A stretch of 61,646 bases of DNA, filler included. It is 5 parts of 5 records of this genome, joined end to end, with 100 filler letters (N's around TTAATTAATTAA, not from the genome) between each part and the next. Parts side by side here need not be neighbours in the genome. Positions count along the whole stretch, not along the records: positions 19,382 to 30,873 come from SRR31156797_5385; positions 30,974 to 37,798 come from SRR31156797_5387; positions 37,899 to 53,797 come from SRR31156797_5388; 2 more parts are not named here. One strand, written 5' to 3'. Made by a program: the position numbers and the translations under genes. Positions 28,182 through 38,174 of this stretch are shown one piece after another (position 1 is the stretch's first letter; every line of letters begins with the position of its first letter). Below the pieces are notes generated by a model. It was not told the origin of the DNA and ran no database searches. It worked only from the letters and a program-made list of their open reading frames with translations.

Positions 28182-29867
28182 ATGTCTAATTTTGAAAACA
28201 TTGCCGCCTATCTGCCTGAAATGGCCAGGAAACAGCCCCACAGGCCGGCAGTCAGCTTCCCGGCGGGTCGCGACGGAAACGGCAGGGTAAAGTACACCCA
28301 TTACACCTTCAGGCAACTGGACCGTGAAAGTGACTGGATCGCACGGGGTCTTGTGCAATCGGGTATCGGCAGAGGTATCCGCACGGCACTCATGGTCAAA
28401 CCCAGCCTTGAATTTTTTGCTTTAACATTCGGTATTTTTAAAGCGGGCGCCGTTCCGGTGCTCATTGACCCCGGCATCGGCATCAAAAACCTCAAAAACT
28501 GCCTGGCGCAGGCGGAACCCGAGGCCTTCATCGGCATCCCGGAAGCCCATATGGCCCGGTTGCTACTGGGATGGGGCCGAAAAACCATTGGTACCCTGAT
28601 TACCGTTGGAAAGCGTCTGTTCTGGAAGGGCACCACCCTTGATGCGGTCCGGAAAATGGGACGGTCCGCACCCCCCGGCCCCATGGCGCGGACAGAGAAG
28701 GATGAACCGGCGGCCATTCTTTTCACCAGCGGGAGCACCGGTCCCCCCAGGGGCGCCCTGTACACCCATGGCAATTTCACGGCCCAGGTGGAATCCATCC
28801 GAAATACCTATCACATTGAACCCGGTGAAATTGATCTGCCCACCTTTCCCCTCTTCGCCCTTTTCGGACCGGCATTGGGCATGGCCGTTGTAATCCCCGA
28901 CATGGATCCCACCCGGCCGGCCCATGTGGACCCCCGAAAAATAATTGAAGCCATAGAAGATTTCGGTATCACCAACATGTTCGGATCGCCTGCGCTCATT
29001 AACCGCGTGGGGAGATACGGTCATGAACATGGCATTAAACTGCCGACCCTGCGCCGGGTCATCGCGGCGGGTGCCCCCATGCCCCCGGCCGTATTGGAAC
29101 ATTTCTGCACCATGCTGTCACCCGAAGCCCAGGTCCACACCGGTTACGGCGCCACGGAAGCCATGCCCGTGTCATCCATTGGGAGCCACGAAATCCTTAA
29201 CAGCACCCGGCATGAAACCGATTCGGGAAAAGGGGTCTGCGTGGGGAAACCGGTTGACGGAATGGAGGCTTGTGTGGTCCCCATTACAGACGACCCCATT
29301 GGAATGTGGCATGATTCCCTCAAATTGCCCGTGGGAGAAGTGGGTGAAATTGCCGTCAAGGGTCCCGTGGCCACCCGGTCATACTATAAAGATGATCATG
29401 GTACCCGTTTGTCCAAAATCATTGAGCAAAACGGAAAGGATTTCTGGCACCGCATGGGGGACTTGGGAACGGTGGATGAAAAGGGAAGGATATGGTTTTT
29501 CGGCCGAAAATCCCACCGGGTGACCACCCCTTCAGGGACCCTCTTTACCATCGCCTGCGAAGGGGTCTTCAATACCCACGGAAATGTTTTTCGAACAGCC
29601 CTCACGGCAATGGAAAGAGAGGGAATCTTACACCCCGTCCTTTGTGTTGAGCTGAAAGCCCATTCAAAAAAAGCCCACAGGGATACGATCCGGCGGGAGC
29701 TGCTTGAAATGGGGGCACGATTCCCCCATACCAAAGAGATCAAAACCATCCTGTTCCACGATGGATTTCCCGTAGACATCCGGCATAACGCCAAAATCTA
29801 CCGGGACAGGCTTGGGGTCTGGGCAACCCGGAAACTGGCAAGGGAAAGGACGGGCAAAAAACCATGA
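28182..29867 (+). CDS. oleC: OleC beta-lactone synthetase (ANL adenylating family)
   Basis: FTSGSTGPP, DLPTFPLFAL, YGATEA, HRMGDLG and FPVDIRHNAKI motifs. Confidence 0.9.
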   Translation: MSNFENIAAYLPEMARKQPHRPAVSFPAGRDGNGRVKYTHYTFRQLDRESDWIARGLVQSGIGRGIRTALMVKPSLEFFALTFGIFKAGAVPVLIDPGIGIKNLKNCLAQAEPEAFIGIPEAHMARLLLGWGRKTIGTLITVGKRLFWKGTTLDAVRKMGRSAPPGPMARTEKDEPAAILFTSGSTGPPRGALYTHGNFTAQVESIRNTYHIEPGEIDLPTFPLFALFGPALGMAVVIPDMDPTRPAHVDPRKIIEAIEDFGITNMFGSPALINRVGRYGHEHGIKLPTLRRVIAAGAPMPPAVLEHFCTMLSPEAQVHTGYGATEAMPVSSIGSHEILNSTRHETDSGKGVCVGKPVDGMEACVVPITDDPIGMWHDSLKLPVGEVGEIAVKGPVATRSYYKDDHGTRLSKIIEQNGKDFWHRMGDLGTVDEKGRIWFFGRKSHRVTTPSGTLFTIACEGVFNTHGNVFRTALTAMEREGILHPVLCVELKAHSKKAHRDTIRRELLEMGARFPHTKEIKTILFHDGFPVDIRHNAKIYRDRLGVWATRKLARERTGKKP

Positions 29868-30847
29868 AAATCCTTGTGACCGGTGGCGGGGGTTTTTTAG
29901 GAAACGCCATCGTCAAACGCCTTCTGGAGCGGGGAGATGGTATCCGCAGCTTTTCACGGGGCGATTACCCGGAACTGCGCACCTTGGGTGTCGATGTTCA
30001 GAGAGGCGACCTGGCGGACAAAAAGGCCGTTATGGATGCGGTTACGGGGTGTGATGCGGTTTTTCACGTGGCCGCCAAACCGGGCATATGGGGCAAATAC
30101 AGTGAATACCATGCCACAAATGTAACCGGCACCGAAAATGTAATCGAAGCCTGCCGACAAGCCGGTGTTATAAAACTCGTCCATACCAGTTCGCCCAGCG
30201 TGGTTTTCGATGGAAACAGCATGGAAGGGGTCAACGAATCGGTGCCTTACCCCGAAACCTACGCGGCCCATTATCCGAAAACCAAGGCCATTGCGGAACG
30301 TAAAATACTTTCCGCAAACAGCGAAACCCTGGCCACCATAGCCCTCCGACCCCATCTTATCTGGGGACCGGGGGATCCCAACTTTCTGCCCCGCTTCATT
30401 GAACGGAGAAAAGCGGGCCGACTTGCAAGGATCGGAAATCAACCCCATCCGGTGGACTGCATCTATATCGATAACGCGGTGGATGCCCACATCCTGGCTT
30501 TGGAGCACCTTTATCCGGGATCCCCCGTTACCGGAAAAGCCTACTTTATCTCCCAGGGAGACCCCATTGATATCACGGACTTGATGGACCGTATTCTGGA
30601 AGCTGCGGGCCTTGACCCCATCGACCGTATGGTGTCCGAAAAACTGGCCTACGGGGCGGGCTGGCTCCTTGAATTCATTTATGGTATGCTGAAACTCAAA
30701 GGGGAACCCCCCATGACGCGTTTTCTGGCCAAACAGTTGTCAACGGCCCACTGGTTTGACATCAGTGCGGCCCGGAAGGAGTTGGGATATACACCGGCCA
30801 TTTCCATTACAGAGGGACTCAAACGGTTGGCGGAATCACTTCAATAG
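29864..30847 (+). CDS. oleD: OleD 2-alkyl-3-oxoalkanoate reductase (extended SDR)
   Basis: TGGGGFLG, TSSPSV, YPKTK and LRPHLIWGPGD motifs; ATGA overlap with oleC. Confidence 0.88.
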   Translation: MKILVTGGGGFLGNAIVKRLLERGDGIRSFSRGDYPELRTLGVDVQRGDLADKKAVMDAVTGCDAVFHVAAKPGIWGKYSEYHATNVTGTENVIEACRQAGVIKLVHTSSPSVVFDGNSMEGVNESVPYPETYAAHYPKTKAIAERKILSANSETLATIALRPHLIWGPGDPNFLPRFIERRKAGRLARIGNQPHPVDCIYIDNAVDAHILALEHLYPGSPVTGKAYFISQGDPIDITDLMDRILEAAGLDPIDRMVSEKLAYGAGWLLEFIYGMLKLKGEPPMTRFLAKQLSTAHWFDISAARKELGYTPAISITEGLKRLAESLQ

Positions 30848-30873
30848 TGCCCATCCACAAATGGCCAATTTGC

Positions 30874-30973
30874 NNNNNNNNNNNNNNNNNNNNNNNNNNN
30901 NNNNNNNNNNNNNNNNNTTAATTAATTAANNNNNNNNNNNNNNNNNNNNNNNNNNNNNNNNNNNNNNNNNNNN
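30874..30973. other. Artificial contig spacer
   Basis: N-run, TTAATTAATTAA, N-run. Confidence 0.99.
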
Positions 30974-31172
30974 AAGTCGTTTTGTTGGAATGTTAACCGA
31001 TTCAAGAAGTTTTCTATCCTATACAAGGCACGAATACTTTAGGCGTACATTATGTAATTTAATTGGAAATGATATAGAAAACGGTGAAATTCCAAATGAT
31101 AAAAAATTAGTGGGATCGATGATTGAAAATATATGTTTTTACAATGCAAAAGCGTATTTTAATTTCGAATAA
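30974..31172 (+). CDS. uxaC: Uronate isomerase, C-terminal fragment cut by the contig edge
   Basis: [22 protein letters not shown]...NAKAYF. Confidence 0.93.
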
Positions 31173-31225
31173 AAAGTGTTTGTTTTATTAAATGGAATTG
31201 AAAATTAATTAGAATAGATATATCT

Positions 31226-31239
31226 TGCAATCGATTGCA
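31226..31239. promoter_or_regulatory. LacI-family-type operator palindrome
   Basis: Perfect TGCAATCGATTGCA with a central CG, 25 nt before the kdgK ATG. Confidence 0.75.
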
Positions 31240-31264
31240 TAGATCTTGTTCTAAAAAAACTAAA

Positions 31265-32302
31265 ATGAAAAATAAAGTAATAACTTTTGGCGAGATAATG
31301 TTACGGCTGGCAACACCCGAATATTTACGTTTTTCTCAAAGTCAGCAACTTACAGCTACTTTTGGTGGAGGTGAGGCAAATGTTGCTGTTTCGCTGGCAA
31401 ATTTTGGGATTCCTGTTGAATTTGTATCGCGGTTACCAAAAAATGATTTAGGCAACGCTTGTATAATGGATCTGAGAAAATATGGTGTTGGCGTTAATCA
31501 TATTATCCGGGGCGGCGATCGGCTCGGAATATATTTTCTGGAAACCGGAGCAGTAAGCAGGGGAAGTAAAGTAATTTATGACCGGGCACATTCAGCAATT
31601 TCGGAAATAAAAGCGGGAATGATAAACTGGGATAAAGTATTTGATGGAGCCAACTGGTTTCACTGGACTGGCATAACTCCGGCTATTTCGCAAGGTGCAG
31701 CCGATGTTTGTTTGGAGGCGATTAAAAAGGCCAATGAACTTGGAATTACAGTTTCCTGCGATTTAAATTTTCGTAAGAATCTTTGGAAATATGGAAAAAC
31801 GGCTGGAGAAATTATGCCTTCATTAATTTCAGAGACAGATGTTATTTTAGGAAATGAAGAGGATGCAGAGAAAGTGTTGGGAATTCAGCCGGAAGGCGTG
31901 AATGTTACAGCTGGTATTGTTGAAGGAGCTGCGTATCAGTCTGTTTCAGAACAAATAATGAAAAAATTTCCACGTTGTAAAAAAGTTATTACAACGTTAC
32001 GCGGATCGGTTAATGCAAATCATAACAGTTGGTCGGGAGTACTTTGGAATGGCGAAAAACTATATGAGGCACCTACCTACCAGATTACTCATATTGTCGA
32101 TCGGGTTGGAGGTGGAGATTCGTTTATGGGTGGTTTAATCTATGGATTGATGACATTTAAGGGAGACGACCAAAAAGCACTGAATTTTGCAGTTGCTGCT
32201 TCTACACTGAAACATACCATTTATGGCGATTTTAATCAGGTAACCGTTGATGAAGTGGAAAAACTAATGTCAGGCGATACATCGGGCAGGGTGGCACGAT
32301 AA
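31265..32302 (+). CDS. kdgK: 2-dehydro-3-deoxygluconokinase (PfkB family)
   Basis: TFGEIMLRL, GGGEANVA and DRVGGGDSF motifs; ATG 31265. Confidence 0.93.
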   Translation: MKNKVITFGEIMLRLATPEYLRFSQSQQLTATFGGGEANVAVSLANFGIPVEFVSRLPKNDLGNACIMDLRKYGVGVNHIIRGGDRLGIYFLETGAVSRGSKVIYDRAHSAISEIKAGMINWDKVFDGANWFHWTGITPAISQGAADVCLEAIKKANELGITVSCDLNFRKNLWKYGKTAGEIMPSLISETDVILGNEEDAEKVLGIQPEGVNVTAGIVEGAAYQSVSEQIMKKFPRCKKVITTLRGSVNANHNSWSGVLWNGEKLYEAPTYQITHIVDRVGGGDSFMGGLIYGLMTFKGDDQKALNFAVAASTLKHTIYGDFNQVTVDEVEKLMSGDTSGRVAR

Positions 32303-32334
32303 TATTATAATTAAACCGAATAACCTTAAACAAA

Positions 32335-33009
32335 ATGGCTGAATATACACGAATAGATGTTGTTTTAAAAATGAAAGAGACAGGAATGATTCCGGTGTTC
32401 TATCATGAAAATCCTGAAGTTTGTAAAAAAGTAGTTAAAGCTTGTTATGATGGTGGTGCGAGAATATTTGAATTTACAAACCGCGGCGATTTTGCTACGC
32501 TTGTTTTTGCTGAATTAAATAAATGGGCAAAAGAAAATTATCCTGAAATGATAATGGGTGTTGGTTCAGTTATCGACGAAGGAACAGCCGCAATGTATAT
32601 TGCACTCGGAACGAATTTTATTGTTTCTCCATTAATAGATGAGGCTACAGCAAGAGTTTGTAATAAACGAAAAATATTGTGGTGCCCCGGATGTGGCTCA
32701 GTAACTGAAATTGGTCGGGCGCATGAATTGGGCGCTGAAATTGTAAAAATATTTCCCGGTGCACAGGTAGGTGGACCGGAATTTATAAAGGCTGTTAAAG
32801 GTCCTATGCCATGGACTTCATTAATGCCGTCGGGGGGAGTTTCTCCAACAAAAGAAAATTTGGAATTATGGTTTAATGCAGGTTCTGCCTGTGTTGGAAT
32901 GGGATCTCAACTTTTTCCAAATGATATTCTGGAAAGAGAAGATTATGCATATATAACCCAAAAATGCAGTGAAACTTACAAAATAATACAAGATATTAAA
33001 TTGAAATGA
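32335..33009 (+). CDS. eda: KDPG/KHG aldolase
   Basis: EFTNRG, VKIFPG and PSGGV motifs. Confidence 0.92.
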   Translation: MAEYTRIDVVLKMKETGMIPVFYHENPEVCKKVVKACYDGGARIFEFTNRGDFATLVFAELNKWAKENYPEMIMGVGSVIDEGTAAMYIALGTNFIVSPLIDEATARVCNKRKILWCPGCGSVTEIGRAHELGAEIVKIFPGAQVGGPEFIKAVKGPMPWTSLMPSGGVSPTKENLELWFNAGSACVGMGSQLFPNDILEREDYAYITQKCSETYKIIQDIKLK

Positions 33010-33989
33010 ATAAAAAACGAACAACCATTTTTTTACTCTTTTTTATACTCTTCTCATTTTTAGGGTGCACCGAAAAAAGTGATCAAAAAGTGTTAAAACT
33101 TGCACATGGTCTGGATCCCAGTCACCCGGTTCATAAAGGAATGGTTTTTATGGCTGAAAGACTTTCTGAGAAATCGCAAGGAAAATTAACCATCGATATT
33201 TATCCCAGCGGACAACTGGGGTCGGAACAGCAATGTGTAGAATTATTACAGATTGGCAGCCTGACAATTACAAAGGTTTCGGCTGCGGTTATGGAAAGTT
33301 TTACAAAAAAGTACAAAGCGCTGGGGTTACCATATGTTTTTCGTTCAAAAGAACATTCGTACAAAGTTTTCGATGGTGAAATAGGAAAAGATTTGTTGCT
33401 GGGGACAGAAGAATTCTGGATTCGTGGACTTTGTTTTTACGATGCCGGTTTTCGAAGCTTTTATACCATCGACCGGCCAATAAACGATCCGGACGATTTG
33501 GCGGGGTTAAAAATCAGGGTAATGAAAAGTATAACTGCCATGGAAATGGTAAAATCGTTGGGCGGTTCTCCAACACCTATTTCGTGGGGCGAATTATATA
33601 CAGCATTGCAAAGTGGAGTAGTAGATGGAGCCGAAAATAATCCACCGAGTTTATATACATCGCATCATTATGAAGTTTGTAAAGAATATTCGCTCGATGA
33701 GCATACCTGTGTTCCCGATGTATTAATAATAAGTACAACAGTTTGGAATAAGTTAACCGAACAAGAACAGCAATGGCTGCAGGAAGCGGCTGAAGAATCG
33801 GTGCCGGTTCAACGAAAATACTGGGATGAATCGGTAGAAGAATCATTACGAATTGTACAGGAAGCAGGTGTTACAGTTCATTATCCCGATAAATCTAAAT
33901 TTGCAGCAAAAGTTCAGGATCTTTTAGATGAATATAAAGAAGATGAAGTTCTTGGGGATTTAATTCGAAAAATTCAGGCGGTAAATTAA
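33006..33989 (+). CDS. dctP: TRAP transporter substrate-binding lipoprotein
   Basis: Lipobox FLGC; GLKIRV and ELYTALQSGVVDGAEN motifs. Confidence 0.92.
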   Translation: MNKKRTTIFLLFFILFSFLGCTEKSDQKVLKLAHGLDPSHPVHKGMVFMAERLSEKSQGKLTIDIYPSGQLGSEQQCVELLQIGSLTITKVSAAVMESFTKKYKALGLPYVFRSKEHSYKVFDGEIGKDLLLGTEEFWIRGLCFYDAGFRSFYTIDRPINDPDDLAGLKIRVMKSITAMEMVKSLGGSPTPISWGELYTALQSGVVDGAENNPPSLYTSHHYEVCKEYSLDEHTCVPDVLIISTTVWNKLTEQEQQWLQEAAEESVPVQRKYWDESVEESLRIVQEAGVTVHYPDKSKFAAKVQDLLDEYKEDEVLGDLIRKIQAVN

Positions 33990-34013
33990 TTCAACAAAAT
34001 CAAACAAAAATTT

Positions 34014-34487
34014 ATGAAAATCAGAGCAAAAATAGATGGAGTAATCGAAGTATTTCTGATTGCTGTTATGAGTATCCTGGTTTTGGATGTGTTATGGCAG
34101 GTTTTTAGTCGTTACATTTTAGCTAATCCAAGTTCATTTACCGATGAATTGGCCGGATTTCTTTTGATTTGGGTCGGATTAATGGGAGCCGCATATGTTG
34201 CAGGAAAAAATGAACACCTGGCAATCGATCTTCTTCTTCAGAAATTAAAAGGTAAAAAACAAAAACGATTACAAATTATTATCAATTTAATTGTTGGATT
34301 ATTTGCCCTGTTTGTAATGTGTGTTGGAGGAAGCTGGTTGGTTTATACCCGTTTTTATCTTGGCGTAAAATCAGCTGCACTTGGTTTACCACTGGGGTAT
34401 GTTTATTTAATTGTTCCGGTGAGTGGATTTCTCACTTTGTATTATTCGGTCGACAATATTTTTAACTCAGATAAAGCACAATCATAA
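34014..34487 (+). CDS. dctQ: TRAP transporter small permease
   Basis: Four TM helices; QVFSRY..FTDELA..HLAID. Confidence 0.92.
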   Translation: MKIRAKIDGVIEVFLIAVMSILVLDVLWQVFSRYILANPSSFTDELAGFLLIWVGLMGAAYVAGKNEHLAIDLLLQKLKGKKQKRLQIIINLIVGLFALFVMCVGGSWLVYTRFYLGVKSAALGLPLGYVYLIVPVSGFLTLYYSVDNIFNSDKAQS

Positions 34488-35950
34488 TGGAATTTTTAGG
34501 AATAATTGTTTTAGTTGTAAGTTTTTTATTACTGTTGGTAATAGGTGTTCCAATTGCATTTAGTATTGGAATTTCAGGAATATTAACCATGTTGGTAACT
34601 ATTATGCCAATTCCGGCAGCAACCACATTTGCACAACGTATGGCAACCGGATTAGATAGTTTTGCTTTGTTGGCAATTCCTTTTTTTATACTTGCCGGTA
34701 ACATAATGAATAAGGGAGGAATAGCAATTCGATTAATTGATTTTGCACGTGTTTTGGTTGGAAGATGGCCTGCCGGTTTAGCCTTTGTAAATGTAATTGC
34801 AAACATGCTTTTTGGAGCTATTTCTGGTTCTGCTGCAGCATCGGCTTCGGCGATTGGTAGTATTATGATGCCCGAAATGAATAAAGAAGGTTATGACAAA
34901 AATTTTAGTGCTGCTGTTAATATTACATCTGCAACAACCGGATTATCGATTCCACCAAGTAATATTTTAATTGTTTATTCTTTGGCAAGTGGGGGAGTTT
35001 CTATTACTGCTTTGTTTTTGGCTGGTTATATTCCGGGGATTTTAACGGGATTGGCAATAATGGTTATGGCCATGTCGATGCTTACTTATAAGAAATTTGG
35101 TTTTAAAGGAGTAGTTAAAAATCTGGTTGGATTATTTGCAATTATTGCAGCCATTGCTTTGGTAATTTTAGGAATTATGAAAGTTAAAACTTTAGTGGCA
35201 CCCAATGTAGCTGTATTTATTTACGGTGGTTTAGGAATTCTATTTGCTGCTTCTTTTGGATGGTTTGCCAGCAAGCATAAAAATGGGGCAAAACGTGCAT
35301 TAAAAAAATTCCTCGATGCATTTCCAAGTTTAATGATGCTGGTAATAGTAATTGGAGGAATTGTAGGCGGGTTATTTACAGCAACAGAAGCATCGGCAGT
35401 TGCCGTGCTTTATGCACTTATTCTGGCTTTTTTATATAAAGAAATGAATTGGAAAGATTTGCCCGATGTTATTCTTCGATCGATAAAAACAACAGCTTTT
35501 GTATTATTACTGGTTGCCACCTGTATTGGTTTATCGTGGATAATGGCGTATGAAAACATTCCTCAGAATGTAAGTAGTGCCTTACTTGCGTTAAGTGATA
35601 ATAAATTTGTAATACTTCTGATTATCAATTTAATACTTTTGTTTGTAGGCGTTTTTATGGATATGACTCCGGCGGTTCTGATTTTTACTCCTATATTTTT
35701 ACCTATTGTTACTAATTTAGGACTAGAGCCTGTTCATTTCGGAATTATTATGGTTTTAAATTTAAGCGTTGGATTAGGAACGCCGCCGGTAGGGTCGCTT
35801 CTTTTTATCGGTTGCAATGTAAGTAACGTAAAAATTGAAACTGTTATAAAACCATTGCTTCCAATGTTTGTCGCAATGATTGTTTGTCTTTTACTTGTAA
35901 CCTATATTCCTGAGATTTCGATGTGGCTGCCAAAAAGTTTAGGTTTTTAG
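34487..35950 (+). CDS. dctM: TRAP transporter large permease
   Basis: LLAIPFFILAG, GAISGS, IPPS, FTATEA and TPPVG motifs. Confidence 0.93.
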   Translation: MEFLGIIVLVVSFLLLLVIGVPIAFSIGISGILTMLVTIMPIPAATTFAQRMATGLDSFALLAIPFFILAGNIMNKGGIAIRLIDFARVLVGRWPAGLAFVNVIANMLFGAISGSAAASASAIGSIMMPEMNKEGYDKNFSAAVNITSATTGLSIPPSNILIVYSLASGGVSITALFLAGYIPGILTGLAIMVMAMSMLTYKKFGFKGVVKNLVGLFAIIAAIALVILGIMKVKTLVAPNVAVFIYGGLGILFAASFGWFASKHKNGAKRALKKFLDAFPSLMMLVIVIGGIVGGLFTATEASAVAVLYALILAFLYKEMNWKDLPDVILRSIKTTAFVLLLVATCIGLSWIMAYENIPQNVSSALLALSDNKFVILLIINLILLFVGVFMDMTPAVLIFTPIFLPIVTNLGLEPVHFGIIMVLNLSVGLGTPPVGSLLFIGCNVSNVKIETVIKPLLPMFVAMIVCLLLVTYIPEISMWLPKSLGF

Positions 35951-35984
35951 TAAGAATAAATAGATAGAGAATTTAGATAAAAAA

Positions 35985-36012
35985 AAAGAGGTGTACCGAA
36001 ATACACCTCTTT
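35985..36012. terminator. Bidirectional intrinsic terminator
   Basis: AAAGAGGTGTA-CCGAAA-TACACCTCTTT with flanking A/T runs. Confidence 0.85.
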
Positions 36013-36033
36013 GTAATAATAATTAAACAGCAT

Positions 36034-37770
36034 TTATAGTTTTACAGACGTTTTTAAATTATTTGCTTTTAACGATTCATAGTCAAACGTAATTTCTCCT
36101 TTTCCTTCAATTAAAAATTGATATTCAACATTTCCGTAACTAGGAACTGATAAGTACTGAACTTCTGGTTTTTTCTCTTTGTAACTTACTTTATTTAAGC
36201 GAATATCGTTAATTTTTCCTCCTGCAACAACTTTTCCTCCTGCAACTTTTAGCATGTCTTGTATGTGTAGTTTTTTGCTCACTGCCTGAGCAGACATGGA
36301 AGGTAGCCCATTTTTATTTACCAATCGCACCCTTACCTGGTGAAGGTTTTTTCCAACTTCTTTTATGTCAAATACTTCCATCGAAATTTCAGGTGTGTTT
36401 TCAGCGGCCAGAAAAACAACGGCTGCATTCCGGTGAACCAATTCAGGAAGCATAAATGGATGGGGCAGGCGGGAACTCATTTTAATCCAACCACCAATTT
36501 CTATTTCACCATAAACCGGATGATTGTATGGTTTCCATTCTTTGTAAAGTTCTCCCTGCGTTATTTTGTCATTAAACTTTAATCTTTCTCTGGTCGCTTC
36601 GGTTTGGTTATTCTGATTTTCCGAATCGTTGTCTTCAGCTGTTTTATTTACATCTTCACGGTATGTTTCAGCATCATCGGTAAACAATTCACCAACAAAC
36701 GAGAAAGCACCATATATGAAATAAACATGCGAATCAAAATCTCCATAAGTTGGGTACAAATCTACTGAAGGCATATAAACATATCCGGGAGTTATTTTTT
36801 TTGCATTTTCGCCAATTACATCGTAAGCAGCAATGTCTGATTGTGGAATTTTTGTTACATCGTCAGCTGGTGGGCGTAACCACATTCCTCCATAATTGTG
36901 AAATGCAAAAGCGATTATAATATTCGGGCGGGCAGCGATATATTCGTTAATTGCTTTTAACCCAACACCCGAAAAAGGAAAGCTTCCAGCTCCCTGCTGA
37001 ACATAAGGTGGCATCCAGTTAAAACCCCAGTTTCTGTTTGGATCAAGATAACCTTCCGCGTCTTCATTTAATTGTCCATCGTTATCATTGTCAATACCTT
37101 CATATCCTAATAAGGAATATTCTCCTTTTTCTTCCGGTTTACAACGCACAAGAATTCGTTCATCTTCAGGATCCAGTTTGTAGTCTCCAAATGGATCTTT
37201 AATTCTCATTTGTGTAATGCTGCCGTCGCCATCTAAATCGTCGGGAGCATCTTCATCGAATAAGCCATCACCGTCGTCATCTTTTGCCACTCTTATACTT
37301 CGACTTGAGCTTGGTGTATGAGCATCTTTAAAGAAATGATACCTTCCATCAACATTAACTACAGGGATAATATAATGAACATTTCTGTCGACTGCTTTTG
37401 TTACTTTTTCATTCTCGCCATATTTGGTAAGCAACAAATTTGCATAATACAAACAAACCTCACCTGCCTGAATTTCATTACCATGAATGTTGCCGTCGAC
37501 ATAAACACCGGGTTTGGAAAGTTCTTCACCAGTTTTCGAATTATTTATGGTTAATGCATAAATTTCTCTTCCTTCTTCACTTTTCCCTACAACATCAAGT
37601 TTTGTCATTTCGGGGTAAGCTTTATGAAGTACGTTTAATGCTTCAACAACTTCGTCGTAGTCGTAATAACGATCGAACCGAAGTGGAACTTCAATTTTTC
37701 CTTTGTTTACTGCTGAAAAACCAATTTGAGAAAAAAGAATTAACAGTGTGAATATGATATATCGTTTCAT
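36034..37770 (-). CDS. M14 zinc carboxypeptidase family, exported, with DxDxDG calcium-binding inserts
   Basis: IHGNE, DPNRNW and FHNYGG motifs; signal peptide; DDDGDG/DLDGDG/DNDNDG loops. Confidence 0.88.
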   Translation of the reverse strand: MKRYIIFTLLILFSQIGFSAVNKGKIEVPLRFDRYYDYDEVVEALNVLHKAYPEMTKLDVVGKSEEGREIYALTINNSKTGEELSKPGVYVDGNIHGNEIQAGEVCLYYANLLLTKYGENEKVTKAVDRNVHYIIPVVNVDGRYHFFKDAHTPSSSRSIRVAKDDDGDGLFDEDAPDDLDGDGSITQMRIKDPFGDYKLDPEDERILVRCKPEEKGEYSLLGYEGIDNDNDGQLNEDAEGYLDPNRNWGFNWMPPYVQQGAGSFPFSGVGLKAINEYIAARPNIIIAFAFHNYGGMWLRPPADDVTKIPQSDIAAYDVIGENAKKITPGYVYMPSVDLYPTYGDFDSHVYFIYGAFSFVGELFTDDAETYREDVNKTAEDNDSENQNNQTEATRERLKFNDKITQGELYKEWKPYNHPVYGEIEIGGWIKMSSRLPHPFMLPELVHRNAAVVFLAAENTPEISMEVFDIKEVGKNLHQVRVRLVNKNGLPSMSAQAVSKKLHIQDMLKVAGGKVVAGGKINDIRLNKVSYKEKKPEVQYLSVPSYGNVEYQFLIEGKGEITFDYESLKANNLKTSVKL

Positions 37771-37798
37771 AATTATCCTCCAATTTTAATTTGTTTCA

Positions 37799-37898
37799 NN
37801 NNNNNNNNNNNNNNNNNNNNNNNNNNNNNNNNNNNNNNNNNNTTAATTAATTAANNNNNNNNNNNNNNNNNNNNNNNNNNNNNNNNNNNNNNNNNNNN
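37799..37898. other. Artificial contig spacer
   Basis: N-run, TTAATTAATTAA, N-run. Confidence 0.99.
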
Positions 37899-37930
37899 TA
37901 ATATAAGCTGTTTTCATGACTTGTTTTTGG

Positions 37931-37955
37931 GGGTGGTCGCTTGACCACCCTTTTT
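37931..37955 (+). terminator. Intrinsic terminator of a gene off the contig
   Basis: GGGTGGTC-GCTT-GACCACCC-TTTTT. Confidence 0.8.
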
Positions 37956-38174
37956 GTTTACTGTAAATCAGCAAATTACTATGATTAACACATAGTATTT
38001 CAAATTATCCATATACTTTAAAGTGAATAATATCACGAGTACTCCACTTTAGAATACTAAAAAAGAATAATTGAGAATCTTAAAATAAAGTATAACAAAG
38101 ATTAATAGATTCCACTTTTTTGATGAGAATAAAAACAAGAAGCAATCAATAAAATATCAATTAATGTATATAAT

